Assembly (NCBI GenBank): GCA_934513685.1 | Contig: CAKSWY010000002.1 | Span: 57,946-121,945, forward strand | Reading direction: 5' to 3' | Length of the DNA: 64,000 nucleotides | Origin: an uncultured Oscillospiraceae bacterium | GTDB taxonomy: Bacteria; Bacillota; Clostridia; Oscillospirales; Ruminococcaceae | Made by a program: the position numbers and the translations under genes | Notes under the pieces: model-generated | Database searches by the model: none | The model's input: the letters and a program-made list of their open reading frames with translations, nothing else | Told to the model about the DNA's origin: nothing | Shown here: positions 38,570-48,352 of the stretch, one piece after another | Layout: every line of letters starts with the position of its first letter | Numbering within the stretch: the first letter of the stretch is position 1

Positions 38570-40046
38570 CCTCGTCCTCCAGTGTTCCCAGCGCCTTTTC
38601 CTTGCGCTTTTTGCGGACAAACACTACCACACCGGCAATCACAGCAACCACGGCCACGCCGATGAGCGCCTTTGCCCAGATGGGCAGGCCGGTCTTTTCC
38701 GGCTCCACCATGCCCGGGTCAAAATCGTCCATGCCGTCATCGTAGGAGGGCATTTCCTGCACGTCGCAGGAGAAGTCCTTGGTCATGGTCTTGACGTTGC
38801 CCTGATCGTCCTCGTAGCTCAGGGTGATGGTGCCCTTCAGCGTACCGGTATTGTTGGCCTGCACGTTGAAATCCACCGAGTTTTCGGTGCCGGCGGCAAT
38901 GTTGCCCAGATACTGGCTCTGGCCGGGGTTGGCGATGTTGTCGCCGCTGATCTCCGCCGAGAGGTTGTTGATGGAGCTTTTGCCCTTGTTGACAAACGTC
39001 AGGGACACATAGCCTTCCTCGCCCAGGTACATGGTCTCGGGGGCTTCCAGATTGGTCAGTTCAAAGCGCTCGGGCTGCACCACGGGAACGGTCACGTTGG
39101 TGGAGGAGGACACGGCCACGCCGGTGTCCTTGCCCACCGCCGAGAGGGAGACCCCCACGGTGGCCACGCCGCCGGTGAAGTTTGCGCCCGGCAGCAGCTG
39201 GAAGCTGACGCTGGTGCTGCTTCCGGCCGCCATGCTGCCCACATAGGCGGTGCTGTTGCCGCTGGCCAGGGTCACACCCTCCGGCAGCGCCAGGGTAACC
39301 AGCAGGTCGGTCAGGGCCTCATCACCGGAGGTGCTCAGAATGTCCAGCGTCATGGTGCACTCATTGCCCGCCAGAGCGGTGCCCGCGGCCGCGCCCTGGG
39401 CCGAAGTGGTGATCTTATTGCCGCGCACCAGAATGGAGGGGGTGCGGCTGTTGTCCTTGGTGGTGGTAACGCACTGCCCCATGGCGTGGCTCACGCTGCC
39501 TTGGGCCAGTATCGATCCCACATAAGAGATGTCCACATTAAAATTGTTGTCGCCGCCGTTGTAGATCACATCCCGGAACAACAGCACGTAGCAGCCTTCC
39601 ACTGTATCAACCTGGCTCACCTCAGCCAGACCGGTGTAAGTAAACGCGGCGGTGTTCACACGGGCCGCAATGTGTTTAGCCTGAAGGCTGGTGCCCACAA
39701 TGGACGGATCCACAACGCTGAGAACCACATTTACACGGTCGCCCTTTTCCACCTTGGTCACTTCACCGCCTGCCGAATTGGTCAGAGCATACGCTGTCAG
39801 ATACGGAGCCGCCGCCGTAGGCGGCGCCGGAGTAGGCTCCGGAGTGGGCGGCGGAGTGGGGTTGCCACCAGTACCGCTTCCGCTACCACCTGCTCCATCT
39901 CCCTGTTCCGTGCTCCCCGACGAGGCGGTTGAGGTAGAACTCGAGCTGCCTTTATTCCCTTCCGCAAAAGCCGTCATGCTCAGCAGCATGGCCAGGCTGG
40001 TCACCGCGGCAAGCAGCCGGCCCAGAGTTTTCATCCGTTTGTTCAT
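38556..40046 (-). CDS. Secreted, C-terminally membrane-anchored surface protein associated with the MacB/FtsX-type ABC exporter
   Basis: ~496 aa from ATG 40046 (RBS AAGGAGAA); signal peptide, Ser/Thr/Pro-rich linker (PTPPPTPEPTPAPPTAAAP), large beta-rich ectodomain, C-terminal TM helix and an RKKRKEK tail. Confidence 0.65.
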   Translation of the reverse strand: MNKRMKTLGRLLAAVTSLAMLLSMTAFAEGNKGSSSSTSTASSGSTEQGDGAGGSGSGTGGNPTPPPTPEPTPAPPTAAAPYLTAYALTNSAGGEVTKVEKGDRVNVVLSVVDPSIVGTSLQAKHIAARVNTAAFTYTGLAEVSQVDTVEGCYVLLFRDVIYNGGDNNFNVDISYVGSILAQGSVSHAMGQCVTTTKDNSRTPSILVRGNKITTSAQGAAAGTALAGNECTMTLDILSTSGDEALTDLLVTLALPEGVTLASGNSTAYVGSMAAGSSTSVSFQLLPGANFTGGVATVGVSLSAVGKDTGVAVSSSTNVTVPVVQPERFELTNLEAPETMYLGEEGYVSLTFVNKGKSSINNLSAEISGDNIANPGQSQYLGNIAAGTENSVDFNVQANNTGTLKGTITLSYEDDQGNVKTMTKDFSCDVQEMPSYDDGMDDFDPGMVEPEKTGLPIWAKALIGVAVVAVIAGVVVFVRKKRKEKALGTLEDEDEDI

Positions 40047-40059
40047 GCGTCCATTCTCC

Positions 40060-40914
40060 TTACTTTGCATTGCGTTTTATCTTGATCGGGTTCTTAAAAA
40101 GATGCTTGCTGTGTCGGGCCTGTTTGCTGCCGCTGTCCTCTTTTTCATGGGCCAGTGCATCGGCCACATTCAGATCGTCCAGCTGATCCACCCCAAGGGC
40201 GGCCCGGCCCGCGGCCTTTTCTTCTTCGGTCAGCACACGGTCGCTCTGCACGTTGCCGTCCGAAATGGTCACCACCCGATCGGCACAGCCCGCCAGCTCC
40301 CGCTCGTGGGTTACCATCACAAAGGTAATGCCGTTTTCCTTGGCCATTTTCAGGATACGCCCCAGCACCTTCCGGGTGGTCACCGTATCCAGGTTGCCGG
40401 TGGGCTCGTCGGCAAAAATCACCTTGGGCTTGCACACAAACGCCCGGGCAATGCCCACGCGCTGCTGCTGGCCGCCGCTCATCTCCGTGGGGCGGTGGTC
40501 TGCACGGGAGGCAAGCCCCATGCGGGCCAGCTCAGCCTTGGCCAGTTCCAGCCGCGTTTTTCGGTCCACTCCCTGAAACATCAGCGGCAGGGCCACATTT
40601 TCGGCCGCCGTCATGCTGCCCAGCAGGTTGTAGCTTTGAAAAATGAACCCCAGATGCGCCTGCCGGAATTTTGCCAGAGAGTTTTCGTCCATCTCGCTGA
40701 TGCAGTGCTTACCGATAAACACCTGGCCGCGGGTCGGCTTTTCCAGGCCCGCCAGCTGGTTCAGCAGCGTGGATTTGCCGCTGCCGGAAGCACCGACGAT
40801 GCAGCAGAACTCCCCCGGCTCAATGGCCAGCGAAACATCGTTCAGGGCCACCACTTTTTCTTTGCCCACGCGGTACACCTTGCGCAGGTGCTCCACCCGG
40901 ATAATGGGCGCCAT
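40060..40914 (-). CDS. ABC transporter ATP-binding protein (MacB/LolD-type)
   Basis: 284 aa; Walker A GASGSGKST, signature LSGGQQQRVGIARA, Walker B IFADEPTGNLD. Confidence 0.9.
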   Translation of the reverse strand: MAPIIRVEHLRKVYRVGKEKVVALNDVSLAIEPGEFCCIVGASGSGKSTLLNQLAGLEKPTRGQVFIGKHCISEMDENSLAKFRQAHLGFIFQSYNLLGSMTAAENVALPLMFQGVDRKTRLELAKAELARMGLASRADHRPTEMSGGQQQRVGIARAFVCKPKVIFADEPTGNLDTVTTRKVLGRILKMAKENGITFVMVTHERELAGCADRVVTISDGNVQSDRVLTEEEKAAGRAALGVDQLDDLNVADALAHEKEDSGSKQARHSKHLFKNPIKIKRNAK

Positions 40915-40927
40915 AGAACCACCTCAC

Positions 40928-41755
40928 TTACTTGATTTGCAAACGCCCCACCATTCCGTGCATCCAGCCGGCGGCCGAGGATTTGAACACCCAATAATAC
41001 AATACCGCAAACACTTCGCGGAAATAACAGGGCAGCACCGCCGAGGCATTGATGGATGCGGGCAGTTTGTCCACATCCGTAAAGCCTGCCATGGCTGCAT
41101 ATTTGCCCGCCCGGTAGCAATGGAATGCATTGGTCACCAGCACCACCGGGTCACTGGCAGAAATCCCTCGCTCCGCCAGAAGCGGCCGGGAAAAGGCGAA
41201 ATTCTCTTCGGTGGAGGTACTGGCGCATTCCGCCAGAACCTGTTCCTCCGGCACGCCCTTTTCCACCAGATACTGCTTCATAGCGCGGCCTTCCGGAATG
41301 GTTTCGCCGGGGCCTTGCCCGCCGGCGACCACCAGCAGCGTCTCCGGATGATCCTGCCAATACGCATACGCCGCATCCAGCCGGCATTTCAGCAGGCTGG
41401 TAATGCGCTCGCCCCGCAGGCCGGCCCCCAGTACGATCACCGCCTTTTTTTCGCCTTTCGGCTGGTCAGAATATCCGCTGACCGCCACAAAGGCAAGCAG
41501 GCACACAAACACGGCCATGCCGCAACCAAACAGAATGGCCAGCACCCGCCCCACCCCGTGGGAGCAGAACCGGTGAATGGGTTCATGCCAGATGGCATAC
41601 ACCAGCAGCCCGGCGGCCAGCCCATCGGTGAGCCATACGCCCAGGTTGCCGTTTGTGCCCCGCACATGGCGCACCACGCAGGAGGCACACAGCACCAGCG
41701 CCGCACACCAGACAAGCGCCAACAACAAGGAATGCTTCATCATGTACTTTTTCAT
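40928..41755 (-). CDS. YdcF/ElyC (DUF218) family membrane-anchored protein
   Basis: ~276 aa; N-terminal TM helices then the DUF218 core (VIVLGAGL...LLVVAGGQG...STSTEENFAFS). The ATG 41755 start is uncertain. Confidence 0.6.
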   Translation of the reverse strand: MKKYMMKHSLLLALVWCAALVLCASCVVRHVRGTNGNLGVWLTDGLAAGLLVYAIWHEPIHRFCSHGVGRVLAILFGCGMAVFVCLLAFVAVSGYSDQPKGEKKAVIVLGAGLRGERITSLLKCRLDAAYAYWQDHPETLLVVAGGQGPGETIPEGRAMKQYLVEKGVPEEQVLAECASTSTEENFAFSRPLLAERGISASDPVVLVTNAFHCYRAGKYAAMAGFTDVDKLPASINASAVLPCYFREVFAVLYYWVFKSSAAGWMHGMVGRLQIK

Positions 41756-41979
41756 CTCACATACGCTTGTGCAGGAGCCGCACCCCAACAAAAAAGGGGC
41801 GGGCGCCGAGGCCGGACCAACCGCCGGAATGTGTTTGCCCGGCATCCGCCTCAGCGCCCGCCCCTGGCTGCTTCGGAAAGCTCTCTCCGAGAGCTTCACT
41901 ATTATTAGAACGGGTCCTCTTGCACAATTATTTCAAAATTTTCAAATTTATTTCTTGTTTTTTATATATTTTCGTTTCT

Positions 41980-43119
41980 TCAACCTTTTTTCTTCTCACC
42001 GGTGCGCGGCTGATAATACATGTACACCTGGCAGGGAATCATGCCGTTGTACAGCTTGCGGCGGCGGGCCGCCTTTTTACCGAAGTGCCGCTCAAAGTCC
42101 GCGTCCGCCGTGATGACGTACAGGCCCTGTCCGGGGTTCTGCTCCCAGCGGCTTCCCAGAACACCGGCCAGCTTGGCCGCCGTTTCCAGGTCGCCCAGGC
42201 GCTCACCGTAGGGCGGGTTCGTCAGCACCGTGGCGGCTACATCCGGCACAAAGTCTGCTACGTCCGCCACCTCAAAATGGCAGCGTTCGCCCACGCCCGC
42301 CAGCTTGGCATTCTGCGTGGCCAGCTCGACGGCGGCGGGGTCAATGTCCCAGCCGCGGCCCTCAAAGGCGGCATCCATGCGCACCTCGCTCAGGGCTTTC
42401 TCCCGCTGCTCGGCCCAAACCTTCTGGGGAATAAAGCCGTAATGCTCCGCGCAGAACCGGCGGCGCAGGCCGGGGGCGATGTTCATGGCTTTTTGAGCTG
42501 CCTCGATCACCATCGTGCCGCTGCCGCAGAAGGGGTCCTGCACCAGCGTATCGCGGCGCACGCGGCCCAGGTCCGCAATGGCAGCCGCCAGCGTCTCCTT
42601 GATGGGGGCACCGGTGGCGTTGCGGCGGTAGCCCCGCTTGTGCAGGCCGTCGCCGGAGGTATCCAGCATGATCTCCACCCGGTTTTTGCGGATGGAGAAC
42701 CGCAGCTTGTACAGCGCACCGGTTTCGGGCAGGGTGAGCACCTTGTGGCCTTTTTTCAGCCGCTCGACCACAGCCTTTTTCACGATCTTTTGGCAGGCCG
42801 GAACGCTGGAAAGAATGCTGGACAGGCTGGAGCCTTTCACCGGGAACTGAGCATCGGCGGGCAGCAGCTCCTCCCACGGAATGGCATACACCCCGTCGAA
42901 CAGCTCGTCAAAGGTGGTGGCGGTGTAGCTCTTCAGCAGCAGCAGCACCCGCTCGGCACAGCGCAGGTTCAGGTTTGCTGCCGCAATGATCTCCGGCCCG
43001 CCGGTGAATGCAATGCGGCCGTCAGTAACCTGCACATCTTCCGCGCCGATGCGCCGCACCTCAAAGGCAGCGGTGGACTCGGTGCCGAAATAGCAGGGAG
43101 CAATCAGATGATACTTCAC
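41980..43119 (-). CDS. THUMP-domain class I SAM-dependent RNA methyltransferase (RlmL/YpsC-like, N6-adenine/N2-guanine type)
   Basis: 379 aa; THUMP domain then methyltransferase motifs DPFCGSGTMVIEAA and NPPYGERL. Confidence 0.8.
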   Translation of the reverse strand: MKYHLIAPCYFGTESTAAFEVRRIGAEDVQVTDGRIAFTGGPEIIAAANLNLRCAERVLLLLKSYTATTFDELFDGVYAIPWEELLPADAQFPVKGSSLSSILSSVPACQKIVKKAVVERLKKGHKVLTLPETGALYKLRFSIRKNRVEIMLDTSGDGLHKRGYRRNATGAPIKETLAAAIADLGRVRRDTLVQDPFCGSGTMVIEAAQKAMNIAPGLRRRFCAEHYGFIPQKVWAEQREKALSEVRMDAAFEGRGWDIDPAAVELATQNAKLAGVGERCHFEVADVADFVPDVAATVLTNPPYGERLGDLETAAKLAGVLGSRWEQNPGQGLYVITADADFERHFGKKAARRRKLYNGMIPCQVYMYYQPRTGEKKKG

Positions 43120-43296
43120 GTTTCTTTTCCTCTCTGGGTCTCAAATTCATGGCGCTGCGCCGGAAAACGCCCCGCCGCGGCTGCCGGTTTTCTTCATTTT
43201 ATCCGCGGTTCGTCCGCAAATGCAACATTTGCACACGCCGCCACAACACAAAAGCAGCCGCTGGGGTGGCCCCGGGCGGCTGTTGCATCGGTATGC

Positions 43297-43776
43297 TTAC
43301 CGCTTGCGGGAGTATCCCCCGCCGCGGCGGTTTTCCGTGACACGTTTCAGGTCAGAGATTTTCTCTTCGCTCTGGCTCTTAAAGCGGGCCATCATGTCCT
43401 CAAAGCTCATATCGCCCTGGGGCTGGCTGCGCTTGGGCTGCCACACCCGGCCTCCATCGGCCCGCTGGGGGCGGCTGCCGCCCGGTCGGCCCTGCCCGCC
43501 GGCCCGACCGCCCTGCTGGGGCCGGGGCGCACGGGGCTGCTGGGGCAGCGTGCGCTTGATGGAGAGGGCGATTTTGCCGTCCTCCGCAATGTTGATGACC
43601 TTCACCTTGACCGTCTGGCCTTCTTCCAGCACGGTGGAAAGATCCTGAATGAATTCGTTGGACACCTCAGAAATGTGCACCATTCCCGTTTTGCCCTCGG
43701 GCAGGGCCACAAATGCGCCAAACTTCTTAACGCCGGTGACCTTACCTTCTAAAATGCTACCTACCTCAAACTGCAA
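43297..43776 (-). CDS. yabR: S1 RNA-binding domain protein YabR
   Basis: ~159 aa from TTG 43776 (MQFEVGSILEGKVTGVKKFGAFV...MVHISEV S1 domain), with a basic Gly/Arg-rich tail; last gene of the yabP-yabQ-divIC-yabR cluster. Confidence 0.75.
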   Translation of the reverse strand: MQFEVGSILEGKVTGVKKFGAFVALPEGKTGMVHISEVSNEFIQDLSTVLEEGQTVKVKVINIAEDGKIALSIKRTLPQQPRAPRPQQGGRAGGQGRPGGSRPQRADGGRVWQPKRSQPQGDMSFEDMMARFKSQSEEKISDLKRVTENRRGGGYSRKR

Positions 43777-43851
43777 TGCACGAAACCCCTTTTTGTCGTG
43801 TGTGAACTCCTTCGGCCCGCAAACGGGCAATCGCCCGGCCGAAGGGTGCGG

Positions 43852-44160
43852 TCACTTCCCGCTGATGTCGTAAAAAATCCGCTCACTGGGGCGGGCATAG
43901 CCCAGATCATCCCGGGCCGCCCGTTCAATGATTGCGTCATCGTTTCCGCTGCCGTCGCCGATCAGCCGCTGCAGCTCTTCGTTTTCCTGCTGCTTCTGCG
44001 TAACCTGCTCCTGCACATCGCTCAGTTCCTGCCGCTTGGCCGTGATCTGCACCTGGTTGTAGATCAGTGTTCCCACCAGATACACCGCGAGCACCGCGAT
44101 CAGCCCTTTGCTCAGCGTGCCGGAAAGGCCGGCGCGCCGCTTTTTCTGTGCTTTTTTCAC
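43852..44160 (-). CDS. divIC: Septum formation initiator (DivIC/FtsB family)
   Basis: ~102 aa; N-terminal TM helix then a coiled coil (QELSDVQEQVTQKQQENEELQRLI) and the DivIC C-terminal motif. Start is GTG at 44160 or 44169. Confidence 0.75.
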   Translation of the reverse strand: MKKAQKKRRAGLSGTLSKGLIAVLAVYLVGTLIYNQVQITAKRQELSDVQEQVTQKQQENEELQRLIGDGSGNDDAIIERAARDDLGYARPSERIFYDISGK

Positions 44161-44210
44161 GCAGGCCACCTCCTTCGCCGCCGTGACGTTCAGCTTCTCC
44201 GCCTCATGAC

Positions 44211-44684
44211 TTATTTAGAATTATACAATACCTTGGCGTTTTTTTGCAACTGTTTTGTGCGCCTAGCCTGGGCTTTTTTCTGTTTTTTCTCATGATGGGC
44301 CCTGTGCACACATTCCGCCATGTGCCGCACCGGCCAGCCTACCGCCAGTGCCAGCAGGGCCGCCGGGCGGGTCAGTAGCCACCTGAGCCAATTCTCCAGC
44401 GTGCGGGTGGCCGGGGCCAGCACGCCGAAATAGCCTGCATCCCCCGCCAGCAACGCCGCCGCCATATACCAGCGCACCGTGCCCGCCCGGCTGCGGGAGG
44501 CCGAGAAACTGCACAGCAGCACAGCCGCCAGGCAGAACGCCCCCATGTCCGCCGCAAAGCAGGCCGACTTTCGGTCGCCCAGCAGGAACCGCGCCAGATC
44601 GTACAGCGCCCCCAGCAAAAAGCCCAGCCCCAGGCAGCAAAGAGCATCCGCCGCCAGCTCCGGGGCCGCCTGTGCCGCCGCCAT
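44211..44684 (-). CDS. yabQ: Spore cortex biosynthesis membrane protein YabQ
   Basis: 157 aa multi-TM protein located between yabP and divIC as in Bacillus. Confidence 0.6.
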   Translation of the reverse strand: MAAAQAAPELAADALCCLGLGFLLGALYDLARFLLGDRKSACFAADMGAFCLAAVLLCSFSASRSRAGTVRWYMAAALLAGDAGYFGVLAPATRTLENWLRWLLTRPAALLALAVGWPVRHMAECVHRAHHEKKQKKAQARRTKQLQKNAKVLYNSK

Positions 44685-44690
44685 GGCGGC

Positions 44691-44996
44691 TCACCGCACA
44701 AGCCGCTTGAAAAATCCGGCCGGGCTTTCTTTCAGGTCCGCATACTGGATGGACTCAATTTTTCCCGCGATTTTCACCTCGCCGGTCTGAATGGACAGTT
44801 CGCTCACCTGAAGCTCCCGGCCGCCCACCACAAGGCTGCCCTGCTGAGTCTCCAGCGTGGCGCTGTATTCGTCGTAGCTGACGATGCGGGTAATTCCGGT
44901 GGCCGTCATGGCGCGCCGGTCCTCCAGAATCAGATTGTGATGCCCCTGTGAGGCGCTTGCCTCCTGCACGGGGGCCGGGTACACCGCCTGAGCCAT
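44691..44996 (-). CDS. yabP: Sporulation protein YabP
   Basis: ~101 aa from ATG 44996 (RBS GAAAGGTG); YabP-like HNLILEDRRAMTATGITRIVSYDE region. The six-frame ORF extends 10 codons upstream from a GTG. Confidence 0.7.
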   Translation of the reverse strand: MAQAVYPAPVQEASASQGHHNLILEDRRAMTATGITRIVSYDEYSATLETQQGSLVVGGRELQVSELSIQTGEVKIAGKIESIQYADLKESPAGFFKRLVR

Positions 44997-45183
44997 ATCC
45001 TGCACCTTTCGTCCCACCGGGCGCACGCCATTCGTTCCGCTGCCGGAGCAACGGCGTGCGGTTCCGTGTTTTTACCTCCGGGCACACCTTCCATTTTGCC
45101 GGAAGGCCCCAGAGCCTTTGTTCCAGGATATGCCGGCCCGCCGCCGGGTAGACCGCCGCCGGGTAATTCGCCTGGTGCTGCCC

Positions 45184-45426
45184 TTATTCGATCACCTCAT
45201 ACATCTCCCGCGCCACGTCCTTCCGATCCGGGCCTTCGGCGGCCAGCACGCGCACCTTCACCGGCTTGTTGCCGAAGGTGATCTCGATCACATCGCCCAC
45301 CTTCACCGCATAGCTGGCCTTTACGGCCTTTCCGTTTACCAGAATGCGGCCGGCATCGGCCACATCGTTGGCCACGGTGCGCCGCTTGATCAGGCGGCTT
45401 ACCTTCAGATACTTATCAATTCTCAT
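45184..45426 (-). CDS. yabO: S4-domain RNA-binding protein (YabO/Hsp15-like)
   Basis: 80 aa from ATG 45426 (RBS GGAGGG); S4 motif MRIDKYLKVSRLIKRRTVANDVADAGRILVNGK. Confidence 0.8.
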   Translation of the reverse strand: MRIDKYLKVSRLIKRRTVANDVADAGRILVNGKAVKASYAVKVGDVIEITFGNKPVKVRVLAAEGPDRKDVAREMYEVIE

Positions 45427-45582
45427 GGGTATTTCCCTCCATATTCCGGGGTTCAAATCGGTAAGAAAAAGGGCGCTGCCCCATCAAAGGCAGCACCCCA
45501 TCCGGCGCGGCACAGGCAGCCAGCGAAGTTTCGCTGCGCCGCCCCTGCTCTCGCCCGGCTGACATTTCAGCGTAAGGCCGTC

Positions 45583-45858
45583 TTACTTGTTCACGGCGTC
45601 CTTCAGGGCCTTGTTTGCCTTGAAGGCGGGCACGGTGGCGGCGGCAATCTCGATGGGCTGCTTGGTGCGGGGGTCACGGCCGGTACGGGCAGCACGCTCG
45701 CGGGTCTCAAAGGTGCCAAAACCGGCCAGGGCGATCTTCTCACCATCCGCCAGCGCAGCGGTGATCACTTCCAGGGTGGTGTTGACGGCCTTCTCGGCGT
45801 CCTTCTTGCTCATATCAGCCTGAGCGGCCACTTTCGCAATCAAATCAGCTTTCGTCAT
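45583..45858 (-). CDS. hup: DNA-binding protein HU
   Basis: 91 aa; HU signature [20 protein letters not shown] and a DNA-binding arm; RBS GGAGGT. Confidence 0.92.
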   Translation of the reverse strand: MTKADLIAKVAAQADMSKKDAEKAVNTTLEVITAALADGEKIALAGFGTFETRERAARTGRDPRTKQPIEIAAATVPAFKANKALKDAVNK

Positions 45859-46603
45859 TTTTTCTTACCTCCAAATTTCTATCAGCACAGAGCGTCTGCT
45901 CTGTTGACGGTGCGGTTTTCTCTGCCTGTTTCACAAAGCGCTGGGTGGCGCGGGTCAGCGCCAGCTCCGGGTCAACCCCGGCCAGGCGGCAATAGGCGGT
46001 CAGGGCAAGCAGTGCGTCGCCCACCTGGGCCTCCCGCTCTGCCGAAGTGCCTTTGTCCCCGGCCAGCAGCTGCTGCAGCTGCGCCCCGGCCTCGCGGCGG
46101 GCAGCGGCTTCATCCGCCGGGCCAAAACCGTAGCGGGCCGCCCGTTTCAGGGTTTTGCCCGCCCGCATCAGGGCCGGCAGCGTGGCCGGAACGCTCTCCA
46201 GTTCATCCGTCAGGCTCGCCCGCCCCTTTTCCTGATTTTTCAGTTCGTCCCAGGTGGAAGGCCCGGGCGCCGCCTTGCCCGCAAACACGTGGGGATGCCG
46301 GTAAATCAGCTTGCGGCACACCCCGGTGCACACATCTTCCAGCGTAAAGCGGCCCTGTTCCTCTTCCATTGCGGTATGCAGCGCCACCTGCATCAGGATG
46401 TCGCCCAGCTCCTCGCAGAGAAGGGTGCTGTCTGCCAGATCGATGGCTTCCAGCACCTCACAGGTCTCTTCCAGAAAATTCATGCGAATGGACTGGTGTG
46501 TCTGCACACTGTCCCAGGGGCAGCCGCCCACCGGGCGGCGCAGCAGGCGGATGATCTCCATCAGATCGTCCATTTCAAAGCGCTCTTTCCCGGCCAGCTC
46601 CAT
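45845..46603 (-). CDS. mazG: MazG-family nucleoside triphosphate pyrophosphohydrolase (YabN-like)
   Basis: ~253 aa from ATG 46603 (RBS GGAAAGGGAG). Two MazG EE(x)2E(x)nD modules ([26 protein letters not shown]; C-terminal copy). Start is ambiguous (46603, 46618 or 46681); the 3' end overlaps the hup start by 14 nt. Confidence 0.75.
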   Translation of the reverse strand: MELAGKERFEMDDLMEIIRLLRRPVGGCPWDSVQTHQSIRMNFLEETCEVLEAIDLADSTLLCEELGDILMQVALHTAMEEEQGRFTLEDVCTGVCRKLIYRHPHVFAGKAAPGPSTWDELKNQEKGRASLTDELESVPATLPALMRAGKTLKRAARYGFGPADEAAARREAGAQLQQLLAGDKGTSAEREAQVGDALLALTAYCRLAGVDPELALTRATQRFVKQAEKTAPSTEQTLCADRNLEVRKNDES

Positions 46604-46696
46604 GTTGTGCTCCCTTTCCATGTGGCCCGCAGCCGCCTGCAGCTCGGCCACGGCCCCGCTTTCAAACGCCCGCATTTTCATGCGAAGCTGTGTCTC

Positions 46697-46725
46697 ATTC
46701 TATCTCAGATTTGACGGCTTTGCAA
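46697..46725 (-). promoter_or_regulatory. Candidate sigma-A promoter for mazG (minus strand)
   Basis: Minus-strand TTGCAA, 17-nt spacer, TAGAAT; it would place the TSS downstream of the 46681 ATG, favouring the 46603 start. Confidence 0.4.
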
Positions 46726-46795
46726 GTATTTTAGTCATTTTCGGCACAAAATCTTTGCTTTGCCCCCTGTTTTTTTGCCGCCTGCTGGTTTTGTA

Positions 46796-46846
46796 TACAA
46801 AAAACGGCCCTGCCTGGCCGGGAATTTCCCGCAGGCAGGGTCGTTT
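46796..46846. terminator. Terminator after the liv operon (bidirectional hairpin)
   Basis: aaaaaacggccctgcctg ... caggcagggtcgttttt stem-loop with A-run and T-run flanks. Confidence 0.6.
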
Positions 46847-46868
46847 TTCAATGCGTTGTTTTCTGCGC

Positions 46869-47585
<717 letters not shown>

Positions 47586-47587
47586 GG

Positions 47588-48349
47588 TCAGTCACCTCCC
47601 AGATAGGCCGCAATGACCTTGGGGTTATTGCGCACCGCATCGCCTGTGCCCTGTGCCAGCTCACGGCCGTAGTTCAGCACCGTGATGTACTCGCAGATGC
47701 CCATCACAAAGCTCATATCGTGCTCAATGAGCAGCACGGCGATGCCAAAGGTATCCCGCACAAACTTGATGGTGTTCATCAGCTCAGCCGTCTCATTGGG
47801 GTTCATGCCGGCGGCCGGCTCGTCCAGCAGCAGCAGCTTCGGATTGGTGGCCAGCGCCCGGGCGATCTCCAGCTTGCGCTGCTTGCCGTAGGGCAGGCTG
47901 GATGCCTTGAGCTTGGCTTCCTTGTCCAGATCGAAGATCTTCAGCAGCTTCATGGCCTGCTTGTTCATCTCACGCTCCTTCGTGTAGAAGGAGGGCAGAC
48001 GAAGCACGCCAGTCCACATGGGGTAGCGCACCTGATTGTGCAGGCCAACTTTTACGTTGTCCAGCACGGTCAGGTCGTTGAACAGACGGATGTTCTGGAA
48101 GGTACGGGCAATGCCGGCCTGGTTGATGGTGGCCGGCGGCAGGCCGGTGATGTTCTTGCCGTCCAGAATGATGTCCCCTTCCGTGGGCTTGTACACACCG
48201 GTGAGCATATTGAACACGGTGGTTTTGCCCGCGCCGTTGGGGCCGATCAGGCCATACAGCTGGCCCTTTTCAATTTTCAGGTCCAGCTGAGAGACCGCCT
48301 GCAGGCCGCCGAACGCAATGCCCAGGTTTGAAACTTCAAGCAGTGCCAT
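47588..48349 (-). CDS. livG: Branched-chain amino acid ABC transporter ATP-binding protein LivG
   Basis: 253 aa; Walker A GPNGAGKTT, the LivG-specific insertion, Walker B LLLLDEPAAG. Confidence 0.9.
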   Translation of the reverse strand: MALLEVSNLGIAFGGLQAVSQLDLKIEKGQLYGLIGPNGAGKTTVFNMLTGVYKPTEGDIILDGKNITGLPPATINQAGIARTFQNIRLFNDLTVLDNVKVGLHNQVRYPMWTGVLRLPSFYTKEREMNKQAMKLLKIFDLDKEAKLKASSLPYGKQRKLEIARALATNPKLLLLDEPAAGMNPNETAELMNTIKFVRDTFGIAVLLIEHDMSFVMGICEYITVLNYGRELAQGTGDAVRNNPKVIAAYLGGD

Positions 48350-48352
48350 GGC

